Shown: one piece after another, positions 38,410 through 51,230 of the stretch | How the letters are laid out: each line of letters begins with the position of its first letter | How positions within the stretch are numbered: position 1 is the stretch's first letter | NCBI GenBank assembly: GCA_028534125.1 | Contig: CM052816.1 | Location: 38,876,001-38,940,000 of the forward strand | Direction of reading: 5' to 3' | DNA from: Lama glama | Taxonomy: Eukaryota | DNA length: 64,000 bases | The notes under the pieces: model-generated | The model's database searches: none | What the model was told of the DNA's origin: nothing | What the model saw: only the letters and a program-made list of their open reading frames with translations | Program-made: the position numbers and the translations under genes

Positions 38410-38609
38410 TTAAATCCATTCATTTAAGAAACTGCTGCCCATTCTACTATTTAAGTGCTCAGAAAACAAAACAAAACAAAAAACCTAAAAAACAAAACAA
38501 AACCTCTTTTTCCCCTAGTATGTTTTGATATTTTGCAACATCTCTGAAGTTCATTCTAATGGTATGCAGAAAACTTATCACTTAGAATAGGGATAAGAGT
38601 AAAGACTAT

Positions 38610-38730
38610 AATTAATGTAGTTCATTCTCCTAACTGACAGTTGGGGAAACTGAGACCTGCAGTGTAAATGACTTGAAGGTCAACAATGTCAGAATTAAGT
38701 ATAATGTTCATTCTAGTGATCTTCCTACTA
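38610..38730 (-). mobile_element. MIR fragment
   Basis: gacagttggggaaactgagacc...aaatgacttgaaggtca. Confidence 0.6.
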
Positions 38731-40159
38731 TGTGCTGCATATCTTAAAATTTTAACTTTTTTATTTGCCCAATGATTCCATGATTCCTAACTTTTCCTTT
38801 TCCTGCAAACACTGATTACTTTATAGAAGATATATATATATGTGTATGTATATATATATGTGTGACTAACAAAAGCTGACAATTAAATACTCTTCATGTC
38901 AATTTGACTTCCTTTTGACCTTGAAGTGTCAGTGTTACTTAATGTGAAGATATCAAGATGATAGCACAGCAGATGCTGCCAAATGAAAAATTCGCTGCAA
39001 TGAGCTTTTTATGAAATATTGAGGCTAAGCAAAGAATCAGTTCCTCTGACAAAAATACTCTCAGTCTCTCCCCTCACTAAATCACAGTGTGGGGGCTGCA
39101 GGCACTATGAGTCTTCCATTGCCAGTGGTGATATCCTGAATGTACTTTGCCAGGTAACATCCAAGATCAAGAGATGACCTTTTTATTGCAGATTGTGAGA
39201 TTATCCTCATTCCCATAGGTTTACACTCAAGACAAAGGTTTTGTTTTTGTGGGTTTTTAAAATTCCATACAAATTCTCATCTGTATGAAGGTAAAAAAGA
39301 TCTTGCTCTGAGCAGGAAAGGAAGTGGAAGACTCTCTAGCTGCAGCAGCATTAGTCGCAGTCAGATCTGGGAAGCACACTGCACTCTCTAGCTTCTATGG
39401 CAGTCCTGCTTGACCCTCAACCTCCCCTCAGATGGAAAATCTAACATTACATATTCAAAAAGGAACATAGTTTATTAGTCAGTTGACGCCTTAGACCCAC
39501 CACTCAGTGAGGTCAGTCTCAGTTTAGAGGAGAAAAAGGAAGTCATAACTAGAGATGCTGCAAGTGGGACAATAAGGGTGTGCTGTGCATAAGGAACATG
39601 ATGGTGAAGACTACTTGAGATGCCCCTGGCTGAGGCACTCCATATCAGATGACATTTACTGAGCACCTAGGAGGGGCTAAGATCATTTTCACTATTCTGC
39701 TCGACACTGTTACTCAAGGCTAAGTAGTTTTCACAGGGACAGGTTTAGGAGATAAGGGATACGCTACATTCTTCTGTGCATAGAGAGCTCACAACTTTTC
39801 CATTCAGTAGCACAGAGCAGCGGCCAGGGTGGAATGAGGCACACAGTCCAGCTACAGTTCAAGAACACTCCCTGACGACACCATGGTAACCTTTGGTTTC
39901 ACTGACTGCAATGGCCCCACTGTTCTATTCCTGGCACAACGCTCAGTGCTGGCCAGGATTCATTTCTCTCTATTCAGCTCAAGTTGTAGTCACATAATAA
40001 AATGCACAGTGACAAGATTTCCTGAGGCTTTCAGGTGCATTCAGCCTGGCAGGCTGTGGGTTGCTACATTTCTAAGACCAATGGTGAAACAAAGGCAACT
40101 ATTGCTTCCAGAACCCAACAGATACTACCTAGGGTTAGTTATTGAGAAGGCAGTTAAGG

Positions 40160-40700
40160 ATCATTTGAGTCATTTACACACAAAAAAAATACTTCTAGAG
40201 TACCAACTATGTCCTAGGCATTAAGAGAAAGAGAAGTACACGCAATGCAATATGGTGAATACAAGTTAGAGACAAGTGTGGGGTCCTCAGAGGAACAGTA
40301 ACTAACCCACTCTGAAAGAGAAGATTTTCTTAAGAAAGTCTGGCAAAAAGGAGAGGAGGTGGATTAAAGGGTGGATATTCCAAGCAAAAAGAAAAATACA
40401 AGCAAAGGTAAAGGAGTTTGAAGCAGAACACTGTGCAGGCAGTTTGCCATTGCCAGAACATACACTGTATGTACACACATGATAGGGACGGTGGCTGGCC
40501 ATTAGTTAGGAACCTAGGTAGAGGTCAGGTCAAGGATGTATTTGAGCAGGGGAGGGACACTTTATCAATTTACACTCTTGAAACATCACTGTAACAATAG
40601 TGTGCATGAAAGGGCTTAAGGGACAAGGATGAATAAAGGGAGAACAGTAAGGAACTTATTTCAAAAGTTGAGATAAGTAATGATGAGGCCCTGTCTCCAA
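40160..40700 (-). mobile_element. L2 fragment
   Basis: agagtaccaactatgtcctaggca...atattccaagcaaaaag...gataagtaatgatgaggcc. Confidence 0.6.
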
Positions 40701-40895
40701 CAGCTGAACGCCAAGTCTGGAAGCCATAGGCATCCCCATTTATGCAAGGTGCTCAATCAACGTTGAACCCACTGTAACAAATGTACTGTGTGAAGGGTCA
40801 GGTAGATCACAAAGTACCCAAGTGCACAACTAACTTCAGGCAGGATTTAAACAACAAAACCAACAAATGGCATCAATTCAAGTCTAGTGTAAGGG

Positions 40896-43646
40896 AGACT
40901 GACTTCTGGCATGTCAAGGTGAGGAGCTCTGCTAAGCCACTTCCCAGTGAAACTGGTGAAAATTATTTAAATCAACCTAAGAGCAAATAGCAAATGAAAT
41001 ATCTATTCAAGAAAATCTGTGAAAATTTGGTAAGAAAGGTGAGAATCTATGGAATCTGAACCAAGTCCTCTTGTTCCCTCCATACTCTCAGCTCAGCAAG
41101 GTGGAGATTCCACTCCAGATGGCTGCAGCCTCGAGCACAGGGCTCCCTGAGACCCCTACCAGTTCCCAGTCAGAGGCTTTCTTCCCTGGAGGAGACTCCA
41201 CCATTTCTCATCCTGCTCCAGCCACCTGTAGCTGAGGCTAAGACCCAGCTGAGTGTGGTCGAGATGTAGAAGCTCCGCCTTCTTCCACCAGCCCCCCACT
41301 TGTGAAACACAGGCTTGCCTTGGGAGCTACAGGCCAACAATGAGGGAGTCATGGTTGCTCTTGCCTTGGCTCAAGAGGCAGTGATTCTGCGCCAGCAAAG
41401 TCCAGCTGAGAGGTCCTCAGACTGTTGACTCCACCCTCTACTGAGCGCTGAGATCCCAGGACAGGGTGTCACACAGAGAGAAGCTTGCTATTGCCCCCAC
41501 TCTCAGCTCTAAAATCCTAGTTCAGAGATTTTTTGCCTGGAAGGAGAAACAGACTGTAAAACAGACAGCTCTTAATCTCTTCCCAAAGGAACTGACTTCA
41601 TTTGCAATGGAGTATGGAGAAATTCAAATCTAAGGGCTCTCTCAAGAATAGTGGAGACAGTGGTGAAAGGCAATTGAGATATTGATGGATTTAATGAAGA
41701 TACTTCCTAGACTGCACGCCAGTTAGTTTATAGGAGAGAAACAGGGGGATAAGACAGCAGGGGGTCAGAACATGTACCTCAGAAACTGTTCCATCATAGG
41801 AACCACAAACTGATTGGATTAACTTTTAGAACAATTTAGACCTCCAGGTTATTGTTAAAAACAATAGAGCAATCAGCAGGCAATTAGTGGTGTTAAACAT
41901 CTTGGTTAGATCAGGTCTGTTTCTAGAGACCCCTACCAACACCACTGTCATCAAGGGGGACTGCTGGCACATTCAAAGCTGCACCTTCCTGAGATGCAAT
42001 ATCAGAGACTTAATCCTGAGGTGAGTAAACATGCTTCACTAAAATAATAGTAGCCAGTCACTAAAAAATAAACAAGCAAATGAGAATAAGAAGCCCTGAG
42101 GTGGAAACAGTACCCAATATTGCTACAATATATTATCTAAAATGTCCAGTTTCCTACCCTCTAGAAAAAATTATGAGACATGCAAAGAAATAGGAAAGTA
42201 TGATTCATACACGGGGTTAAAAACACAAACAACACAAACTGCCTGTGAGAGCAACTAGATGATAGATCTAACTGAAAAAGACCTCAAAATAGCCATTATA
42301 AATCTGTTTAGTGAACTAAAGGAAAAGTATGGTGAAAGAAGTTTACTTCTTTCAAGAAGTTTGCAGCAAACAGAGAATATCAATAAAGAGATAGAAATTA
42401 TTAAAAAGAGTCAAATGGAAATTCTAGAGTTGAAAAGCAGAATAACTTATATAAAAATTTCACTAGAGGGGCTCAACAACAGATCTGAACTGGCGGACAA
42501 ATGTGAACTGGTAAACTCTGAAATCAATAGAGATTATTCAAAAGCCAAAGAACAGAGAGAAAAAAATGAAGAAAAATGAACAGAGCCTCCATCAATGTTG
42601 CTAAGTAGTACTAATACATGCCTAATGTTGAAGTACTAACACATGCCTGCGAGGAACACCAGGAGGAGGGAGAAGGAAACAGAAAAAGCATTCAAAGCAA
42701 AATGGCTCAAAGATTCTCAAATTTACTGAAAATTAATAACCTACACACCCGAGAAGGTCAATGAATTCCAAGTAGAATAAATGCAATGAGATCCATAAGC
42801 CGACACATGACAGCAAAATGATGAAAGTCAAAGACAAGGAGAAAATACTAAAAACAGCAAGAGAAAAACGGCTGGCTGTCCTTTACAAGGAACCTCAGTA
42901 ACACAAACAGCTGACTTCAGAAGAAATAACATAAACCAGAAGGCAGTGGGACAATGTATTCAAAATACTTAAAGGAAAGGAAAAAGGAAAAAACTGTCAA
43001 CCATGAACTCTATATCCAGCAAAGCTGTTTTTCAAAACTGAAGGCAAAAGAAAAACTTTCCCAGATAAACAAAAACTGAGAGAATTTATGGCTAGCAGAC
43101 CCATCTTGCAACAAATACTAGATAAATTCTTCAGGCTGAAAGCAAGTGACCTAGGACAGTAATTCAAGTCCACAAACACACACAAAAAACAAAGAATACA
43201 ATTAAAGGTAGTAATACAGTAAACATAAATGCATATTTTTCTCACTTCTAATAACTGATTTTAAAAAAGTTGTATAAACTAATACATATATAATGTAATG
43301 TTGGGCCTATACATATAGAAATGTAATGTATGTGTAATGTATTTGCCAGTAACAGCAGAAGGTGGATAGGAGCAAAGCTGTGTTGGGCTTGGGAAATGAC
43401 CACAGATATAAAGTATCATTGGGTCTGAAACATTAATAAATAACATGTAATAATACCACAAAAAGGGGGAAAAGGGGATAGAGTTATATAGAGTATTATC
43501 CCTATATGTCACTGGAATTAAGCTAATATAAATCCAAAGTTGACTCTTAAGGTATATACGGTAAACTGTAGAAACACCACTACAAAAACAAAACCAAAAA
43601 CAACAAAAAGAAACCTGAAAAAATCATAAAAGAAATTAAAATGCTA
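40896..43646 (+). mobile_element. L1 (L1MC/L1M4-like) 5'UTR + ORF1 + inter-ORF spacer, no ORF2
   Basis: gacttctggcatg 5' end; ORF 42259-42579 EILELKSRITYIKISLEGLNNR; ~43000-43125 translates LYPAKLFFKTEGKRKTFPDKQKLREFMASRPILQQIL (ORF1p CTD); TSD-like flanks. Confidence 0.88.
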
Positions 43647-43939
43647 CAAATCTAGTGCAGGGTCATAGATACAGAGTTATTCTCAGAACCAGGTGGGGTT
43701 TTAGGCATCATTCCTAAGGAATCTTGCCAAAAGCGTTCCTACAAGGTCCAGTGGTCTGGGGAGATGAACAGAAATGCAGACTTGGGGCACTATGGAATAG
43801 GAAGGAAGGAAACAAAACACACATGCACTTACAAGGCTTGATAGATAAGAGTGCTCATCACGACTTACCCTGTCGCTTGACCCGTAGAGTCCTAAAACAG
43901 TGTATGACAAAGAGGAACCCAGAGACACAGATCCAAGCC

Positions 43940-44128
43940 GAAGTTATCACACTTTTGCCTGAATCAGAAAACTCTGGAGGGCTTTTTCAACCACAGATTG
44001 CTGGCCCCATCCCCAGAGTTTCTGATTTGGTAGAAAAAGAGTGGAGCCCAAGAATTTGCATCCTTAACAAGCTCCCAGGTGATACTGATGGTGTTAGTCC
44101 AGACTTTACAATTTGTGAGCCATAGGCT
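43940..44128 (+). mobile_element. MER5A (hAT-Charlie)
   Basis: cacagattgctggccccatccccagagtttctgatt...gcccaagaatttgcatccttaacaagctcccaggtgatactgatg. Confidence 0.85.
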
Positions 44129-44279
44129 GCCCTAAAGTGTGGATCCCATAATGGATACATGAAAATAAAGTAGGTAGCTATTGTAGGTCATAGCCGAAAA
44201 TGCAAGAACCTACTTCTAGATGAATGAGTGGGGTGGGCCCAATAGGAGAATAAGCAACAGGTATAGAGAACGTCTAATC

Positions 44280-44845
44280 ATTTTGCTACTCCAAATCAAT
44301 CCGCTATCCTCATAACTGTACCCCAGTTTCCCTCTGGGAACCACCTTTCTCACCTTTAGCCATGTGATCTGGAAGGACTTGATGAGCTACCTCTGCCTCA
44401 GAGAAAGGAGTATGGCTCAGGCCTCTCCAGTCAGGGCTTCATGTTTTCCCACTTCCAGCAATTAGTTCAGACATAGGTAATCAAACTATTAAGATTAAAG
44501 GAGAATTTTTCTGAGACACCTGAGGAGAGGGAGAGGGAGAGGGAGAGGGAGAGGGAGATGGAGATAGAGACAGAGACAGAGACAGAGACAGAGAGAGACC
44601 ATTTTCGGTTAAATTTGAACCTGGAAAGGCTTAGTCTGGAGCTTCCACCATGCCACCATGAAGAGCCTTAAACTGGAACCAGTTTTGAGGTGAGCCAAGA
44701 GTTGGAGAACAAGTAGATCTTGGTGGTGTCATTTGAGCCCTGGATCAAACACACCTGAAACTTGTATTGCCCTACGAATCAATTGAATTCCCATTTTCTT
44801 AGAGTCAGTTAAGTTGGGTTTTATCATTTGCAATTAAAAAAGTGA
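44280..44845 (+). mobile_element. Old MLT1 (J/K-like) MaLR LTR containing a (GAGAGG)n/(GAGACA)n microsatellite
   Basis: tgggaaccacc...catttgagccctggatcaaacacacctgaa...ttaagttgggttttatcatttgcaa; microsatellite at 44525-44598. Confidence 0.7.
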
Positions 44846-45239
44846 AGGGGCTATTTTGACAATTTAGTAACCAGGTGAATAGACAAAGCAGAACAAGCTA
44901 CATGGCATACACGGTACATTATGGGTGACAATGAGCATTTCTTTGGGGAGTTATGAAGAGAGGCATTCTGCATGCTAACAGGGCAGGCTTCTGAGGGGCA
45001 CTAGACCAGCACTGTCAGGACTGAGAGGGTGAGACTACATAAGTACACAAACAGAAACACAGGTGTGAAGATTCAGCCAAATCCGATGTTCACAGGAGTG
45101 TGGGAGGCAAATAAGAGGGCAGGGACCTGGAACCAACAAGGGACCCCAAGGATAGCCTGGGAGGGTCCTGGGACCCAGATCTGTTTGACATCAAGGTGAC
45201 TCACAGATCAGCTTATACTTCTGCCCTCTGCCGTCCCCC

Positions 45240-45718
45240 TTTATTAGCTCTCTGACCTCAGGTCCTACCATTCGTTCTCTTCTTGCTGACTCCATTCCAG
45301 CCATAGTAGCCTCTTCACCTGTCTTCCAAATACATCAAACATGCTCCCACCTTGGGACCCCTGCACTTATTTCACGTTCCTGGGAGCTCTTCCCCCAGAT
45401 ATTTGCATTGCTGATTCCTTCATTTCCTTCAGGCCCCTGCTTAAATGTCAACCTATTAGACAGGCCTTTCCGGATCAGTTTATATGAAATAGCAAGACCC
45501 CACCACCAACCCGCCTCATCCTAAGTCCCTTTCCCGCTTTTTCTTTCTCTGTAGTGCTTAATACTATCTGACCACTATATATGTACTTGTTTATTTGTTA
45601 ATTGCTTCTCTTTCAAAGAATGTAAGCACCGTGAGGGCACAGGCCTGCGGGTTTTGAAGCTATATCCCTGATGCCTAGAATAATCTAGATCACAGTATGT
45701 GCTCAGTAAAATATTGTG
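45240..45718 (+). mobile_element. L2a 3' end
   Basis: actccattccagcca...ctcttcccccagatatttgcat...gaatgtaagcaccgtgagggca...gtgctcagtaaaatattg. Confidence 0.85.
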
Positions 45719-45777
45719 GAAGGAAGGAAGGAAGAAAGGAAGGAAGGAAGGAAGGAAGGAAGGAGGAAGGAAGGAAG
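45718..45777 (+). repeat. (GGAA)n microsatellite at the L2 tail
   Basis: Directly visible tandem repeat. Confidence 0.95.
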
Positions 45778-46269
45778 TCTCAGCATTCACAATCAGGCCA
45801 CTGACTCCTGTGTGTGAGACTGTTACTATTGTGATCACCACTTAATAAGTCTGAAGTAGATGCTTGCCTCCCTCCCTCAGGATGCCACACTCTTTCTTCC
45901 TACCCCATTGCCATGCTATAGACATTGCTCTCGTTTGACTACCACTGAACCTCTGCTAAAATAATAAAGTCCTTAATTGATAGGTGCAAGGTATAATTCA
46001 TTTTAGATGTCTGTGCATTTTTATTGTATTCAGTAAGGATTTGCTGAGTGCCTGGATATATATTTACTGTAGTACTGTATTAGGAGCTGCTTATGCTACA
46101 GATATTAGAATAATGTGGACACTGTCTGATGAAGTTTATAATCTCATTTACAACATCCAAAAAGGACTGCTGGAGATTTAAAAGACTTCAAAGCTCAAAG
46201 AAACAGAATTATGGTCAAATCAGAGGTGGTGAAGTTACTATCTGAGAATAAGAGGTCTTACCTCACCCT

Positions 46270-47121
46270 CAGTGGTAGGCTAGAGCTGGCTTACACCAAC
46301 TCATGAAAATCAATTGATTTTTCAGGAATTTTGTAGGACAGTTGCTAAACACAACCACTATTTAAAGTTAAATTATTTCAACTTAAACTAAATAAATTAT
46401 ATTAAAAACAAAGATAGTAAAATATGTAAAATTATCACTTTCTTATGGTTTTATTGTAGCCTACTATTATTTATCCTCTCAAGGTTATTTACATCTATTA
46501 TTATCATGGGAATACTATACAACAGTAAGCTACTGAGCATCTCTTCCCACTCCACATTCAACAATGTCACATTGGAGGACTGGAACCTGTCCTGGTGAAA
46601 GTATTTACATGACGGAAACTGACAAATTGCTAAAAATCAAGGCTTAATTTTCTGTTTTGTTGATTGTCAAGGCTTAAGAACGTCATATTCTTATGATGGA
46701 GGAACTCTCAGCAGTGTTGATTAAATTAAAAGTGTGTCATGTCTGCAGCTATTACATTGTGAAAACTCAAAATGTTCTTCCAATATTCGAAAACTATTAC
46801 CTAAGACATCACTGAGAAATAAGTGAAGTTTCAAAGTATACCTTTGTTGTTTCACTATATTCACATCATAACATGACATTCATGTCATTACTGTACGTGC
46901 TCATCATTTGCAATCACAGCTGACTAGAAACACAAATGTTTGGCAGAAATCAATGAAAGCATTCTGAATAATGAGGAGGAGTGTATATTTTATTTTATTA
47001 CTTGTAAATAGTGTGCTACACATTCTTTGTATCAGAAAAATTTATACTAACCTAATGTATGTATAAATTTGCATACTTTTTTCCAGCAAGCTGGTTGTTA
47101 AATATTTCTAGCACCTTACTA
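46270..47121 (+). mobile_element. MER63 (C/D-like) hAT-Blackjack DNA transposon
   Basis: cagtggtaggctagagctggcttacacc...ttttcaggaattttg...gctactgagcatctcttccc...gctggttgttaaatatttctagcac TIR. Confidence 0.8.
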
Positions 47122-47167
47122 CCCACTCCCCTTACATATATTGTATCATGTAAATTAAGCCACTTTG

Positions 47168-47667
47168 TGTGACATAGTAAGAAATACATATTTAGTCTCT
47201 ACCCTGAGTTCCTGGCACAGAGCTTCTAAAACTTTTGTGATTTCCTGAATGATAGGGATAATAGAAGTATCTTTTGTTTTACAGTATCTGTTTTTATCCC
47301 AGGCCCCTAACACAGAGTTTCTAGGACCCTTGGAATCTCTGGAGTGACAAGAGTGTCTTTTTGTATGCTAATGAGATGACTGGTAGCTGGGGTCCCTGGA
47401 CAGTTTTAAGATGAGAACTAAATATCAGAAAAACCAAGGCATGATTAGAGGGTTGGAACCTTCAGCCCCACACCCAACCTCTGGGGAGGGTAGAAGGACT
47501 AGAGATTCACTTGATCACCAATAGTCAATGATTTAACAAATAATGACTGTAATGAAGCCTCCGTAAAAACTCTAAAATATAGGCTTTGGAGAGTTTCTGG
47601 GCTAGTGAATGTATGCACCTTCCAGGAAGGTGACACACCCTCAAACCCCAAGAGAGAGATGCTCCCA
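47168..47667 (+). mobile_element. MER21-like ERV LTR (5' part)
   Basis: tgtgacatagtaagaaatacatattt...gttcctggcacagagct...tttgtatgctaatgagatgactggt...ccaaggcatgattagagggttggaac. Confidence 0.8.
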
Positions 47668-47820
47668 ATGTTTTATTTTTATGTATTAATTATCCTATTT
47701 TTTCATTGTGGCAGAAATGATTAGTGTTCATGGAAAATTCACATGCACCTTTACAATTCCCAGCCTTCTTTCGGTTACCTTGGGCTTTGTGAATAGTGTC
47801 TTGACCGATGTAAATGTTTC

Positions 47821-48922
47821 CTTTTATTTATTAATTTATTGAAGTATAGTTGACAATGTTGTGTTAGTTTCAGGTGTACAACAAAGTGATTCATATACAT
47901 ACATACATATATATATATATATTCTTTTTCAAATTCTCATTATAGGTTATTACAAGGTATTGAATATAGTTTCCTGTGCTACACAATAGGACCTTGTGTT
48001 TATTTCATATGTATAGTAGTGTGTATATATTAATCTCAAACTCCTAATTTATCTCTACCTTCCCCCTTGGTAACCACAGATTTGTTTTTTATGTCTGTGA
48101 GTCTATTTCTGGTTTGTAAATAAGTTCATCTGTATCATTTTTTTAGATTCCACATGTAAGTGATGTCATATGATATTTGTCTTTCTCTGTCTGACTTACT
48201 TTACTTAGCATGATAATCTCTAGATCCATCCACGTTGCTCCAAATGGCATTATTGCATCTTTTTTATGGCTGAGTAACATTCCACTGTGTATATATACAC
48301 CACAACTTCTTTATCCATTCATTTGTTGATGGACATTTAGGTTGCTTCCATGTCTTGGCCATTGTAAACAGAGCTGCTATGAACTTGGGGTCCATGTATC
48401 TTTTCAAATTAGAGTTTTCTCCAGATATATGCCCAGGAGTAGGATTGCTGGATCATATGGTAAGTATTTTGTTAGTTTTTTTAAGGAAACTCCATACTGT
48501 TCTTCATAGTGGCTGCACCAATTTACATTCTCACCAACAGTGCAGGAGGGCTCCTTTTCCTCCACACCCTCTCCAGCATTTATTATTTGCACACTTTTTA
48601 ATGATGGCTATTCTGACTAGCGTGAGGTGATACTTCATTGTAGTTTTGATTTGCATTTCTCTAATAATTAGTGGCATTGAGCATATTTTCATGTCCCTGT
48701 TGTCCACCTGTGTGTATTCTTTAGAGAAATGTCTATTTAGATCTTCTGCCCATTTTTGACTGGATTTTTTTTTGATATTAAGCTTTATGAGCTGTTTGAA
48801 TATTTTAGAAATTAACTCTTTGTCAGTTGCACCATTTGCTAATATTTCTTCCCAGTCTGTAGGTTGTCTTTCCTTTTTGTTGATGATTTCCTTTGCTGTG
48901 CAAAAGCTTTTAAGTTTAATTA
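47821..48922 (-). mobile_element. 5'-truncated L1 (ORF2 C-terminus + 3'UTR) with TSD
   Basis: ORF 48404-48592(-) [16 protein letters not shown] gatgtaaatgtttc (47807-47820) and ggtgtaaatatttc (48923-48936). Confidence 0.92.
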
Positions 48923-49034
48923 GGTGTAAATATTTCTTAATCCATCAAAAGTATACCTTGATCAATACATACTTTCCTATTTTCATCATTATTTCAAAAA
49001 TGAAAATTTTTGTCAGATTTCTAGCAAACTGGAA

Positions 49035-49065
<31 letters not shown>

Positions 49066-49077
49066 GAGAGAGAGAGA
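49035..49077. repeat. (AT)n(AG)n microsatellite
   Basis: Directly visible. Confidence 0.95.
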
Positions 49078-50142
49078 TACCCAGAAACATTTATTGAGAG
49101 ACTCAGAAAATGTCATTTCATTTTAGTCTTTTCATTTCATTTTAGTCCTTAGAAAAAAATTTAAAATTTATATTTACTCCCAGTTTAATAAGGAGACTGA
49201 GGCTAAGATGTCATAGAAACAAAATTTCAATCTCTTGTACCATCTGGAATGGAATTTGAGAACTTAAAGCCTGAATATAAACCCATGGCCTTTCCATTTC
49301 TCATGACTGCCTCCTAGGTGGAGCCAGAATTGGCCAGAAGCCAGACTTTAAGAAACTCTTGAGATATAAAGATGGCTATTATCAGTCCTGATGAACTTCA
49401 ACTCACAAATCAGTATTTTCCCATTACCAGCTCTGCCTCCAGACATTTCTGTATCTGAAACATTGAAAATATTACTTCTATTGTAGTTATTCCTCTGCTC
49501 TGTATTGACCACATGACCCAAGGCAGCTCGTGTATGGTGGAATGGAGGCTGCAGCTGTCCCTAAGGGGGCTGCCATGGTAAGAGATTCAGAGCAGACTGA
49601 CGGTGATAATTCTTGAAGTCACTTTTTTCAGTAGAAATTCCAAATAAAGCTCCATTCTACCTCAATAGTGAGAAATGTAAATAAGGAGATGAAAAATATA
49701 TATGTATATATATAACATTTACTAAATACATACATATACATATAACATTTATTAAAAGCCCTTTGGCAAAGAAAAAATTAGGCTATCTACAGGTCATAAA
49801 CTTTGCCACCCAATTAACTTCTTTTTTTGTTTATTTTTAAACTACTAATAAAATTAATGAAAAAGTAGCACACAATTTTCTAACCAAAGTGCACAGAAGT
49901 CTTAACAAAAACAGAGAACTTACTCTCAAATCTAGTTTATCTTATATTGCAATTAATAACTATAATTAAGCACTCTAAAATTCAGACATGCATGATAATA
50001 TAGAAAAATCATTTTATATATAAAAATAATGCCAAGATATTTTAAAATCCAAATAAATCTTTATATTAACTGAGGGAAGCATTCATATTTTTATTTACTT
50101 TTTGGTGTCTGTTTGAAGCTAAGAGGTTACAATACATTAACA

Positions 50143-50309
50143 AGTTTCTTCTGTATAGCACAGGGAACTATGCTCAATATCTTGTAATAACCTTTAATGA
50201 AAAAATATGAAAATGAATATATGTATGTATATGCATGACTGGGACATTGTGCTGTACACCAGAAATTGACACATTGTAACTGACAATACTTCAATAAAAA
50301 ACAAATAAA
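50143..50309 (+). mobile_element. Short L1 3' end insertion with TSD
   Basis: ctgtatagcacagggaactatgctcaatatcttgtaataacc...gctgtacaccagaaattgacacattgtaactgac...aataaa; TSD tacaatacattaaca (50128-50142) and tacaatgtattaaca (50310-50324). Confidence 0.88.
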
Positions 50310-50884
50310 TACAATGTATTAACAGAAAAACTTTCAGGAAATGAGGCAAAATAATAAAAAAAAGAATATACAGAAAAGTATTTTAAATGTAGGGAAAAAA
50401 ACCATACACCATCCTATAACGCACTACCCACAAATTAAAAAAAAAAACTATAACAGATGTGCAGCAGAAACTGAGGGAAATTTTTACTTGTGCTAATCTG
50501 AGCTAACAGCTGTCATTAAGGCTGACTCTGTAATACTTCTGTCATCACTTCTAAAATCCAGCTTTTCAAACGTGGAAAGGGGAATTTGCAACTAGAGAGG
50601 GAAACTTAAGGGACATAAATTTGTCTGTTATCAGTACTGAAGTTCATCACCTTTGAAACTCACAATCAATATTTTTCCATTACCAATCTCTGCCTCCAGA
50701 CATTTCTATATGGAAGCATTGAAAATATCACTTCTATTGTGGTTATTCCTTTTCATTATATTGAGCACATTTTTGAAGGAGCTCATATAGATTTCTGAAA
50801 TTCTTGTACTGCAGGTAAGCTTAAAATGAATATATTTCAACATGTAAAAGTTCTGGTGACTCAATCAAAAAGCTTTATAATGTA

Positions 50885-51230
50885 GTAATAAATAAAGAGC
50901 ATAAGCCTTACAGTCAGATGGCCTTACAGACCACCCTTACCACTTTGTGACCCTGCACAAACTATTTAAGCTCTTCAGGCCTCTATTTCCTTCTTTGCAA
51001 TATGGGATAATAATAGCATCTACCAATATCAAGGATGTTTGAGGATTAAATACTATATATACGTATATGTATGTGTGTATATATATTCACATATGTATAT
51101 GCAAGGTATATGTATGTGTATGCATATGTGTGGTTTGTGTGTGCATGTATGTGTGTATGTATAGATTAAAGTTGTGCCTAGTACATCATACACATTCTTT
51201 TATGTGTTAGACGCTGTTGTTATTATATAT
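50885..51230 (+). mobile_element. MIR with an internal (TA/TG)n expansion
   Basis: ttgtgaccctgcacaaactatttaagctcttcaggcctctatttcc...atgggataataatagcatctacc...gaggattaaat; low-complexity tract 51055-51165. Confidence 0.75.
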
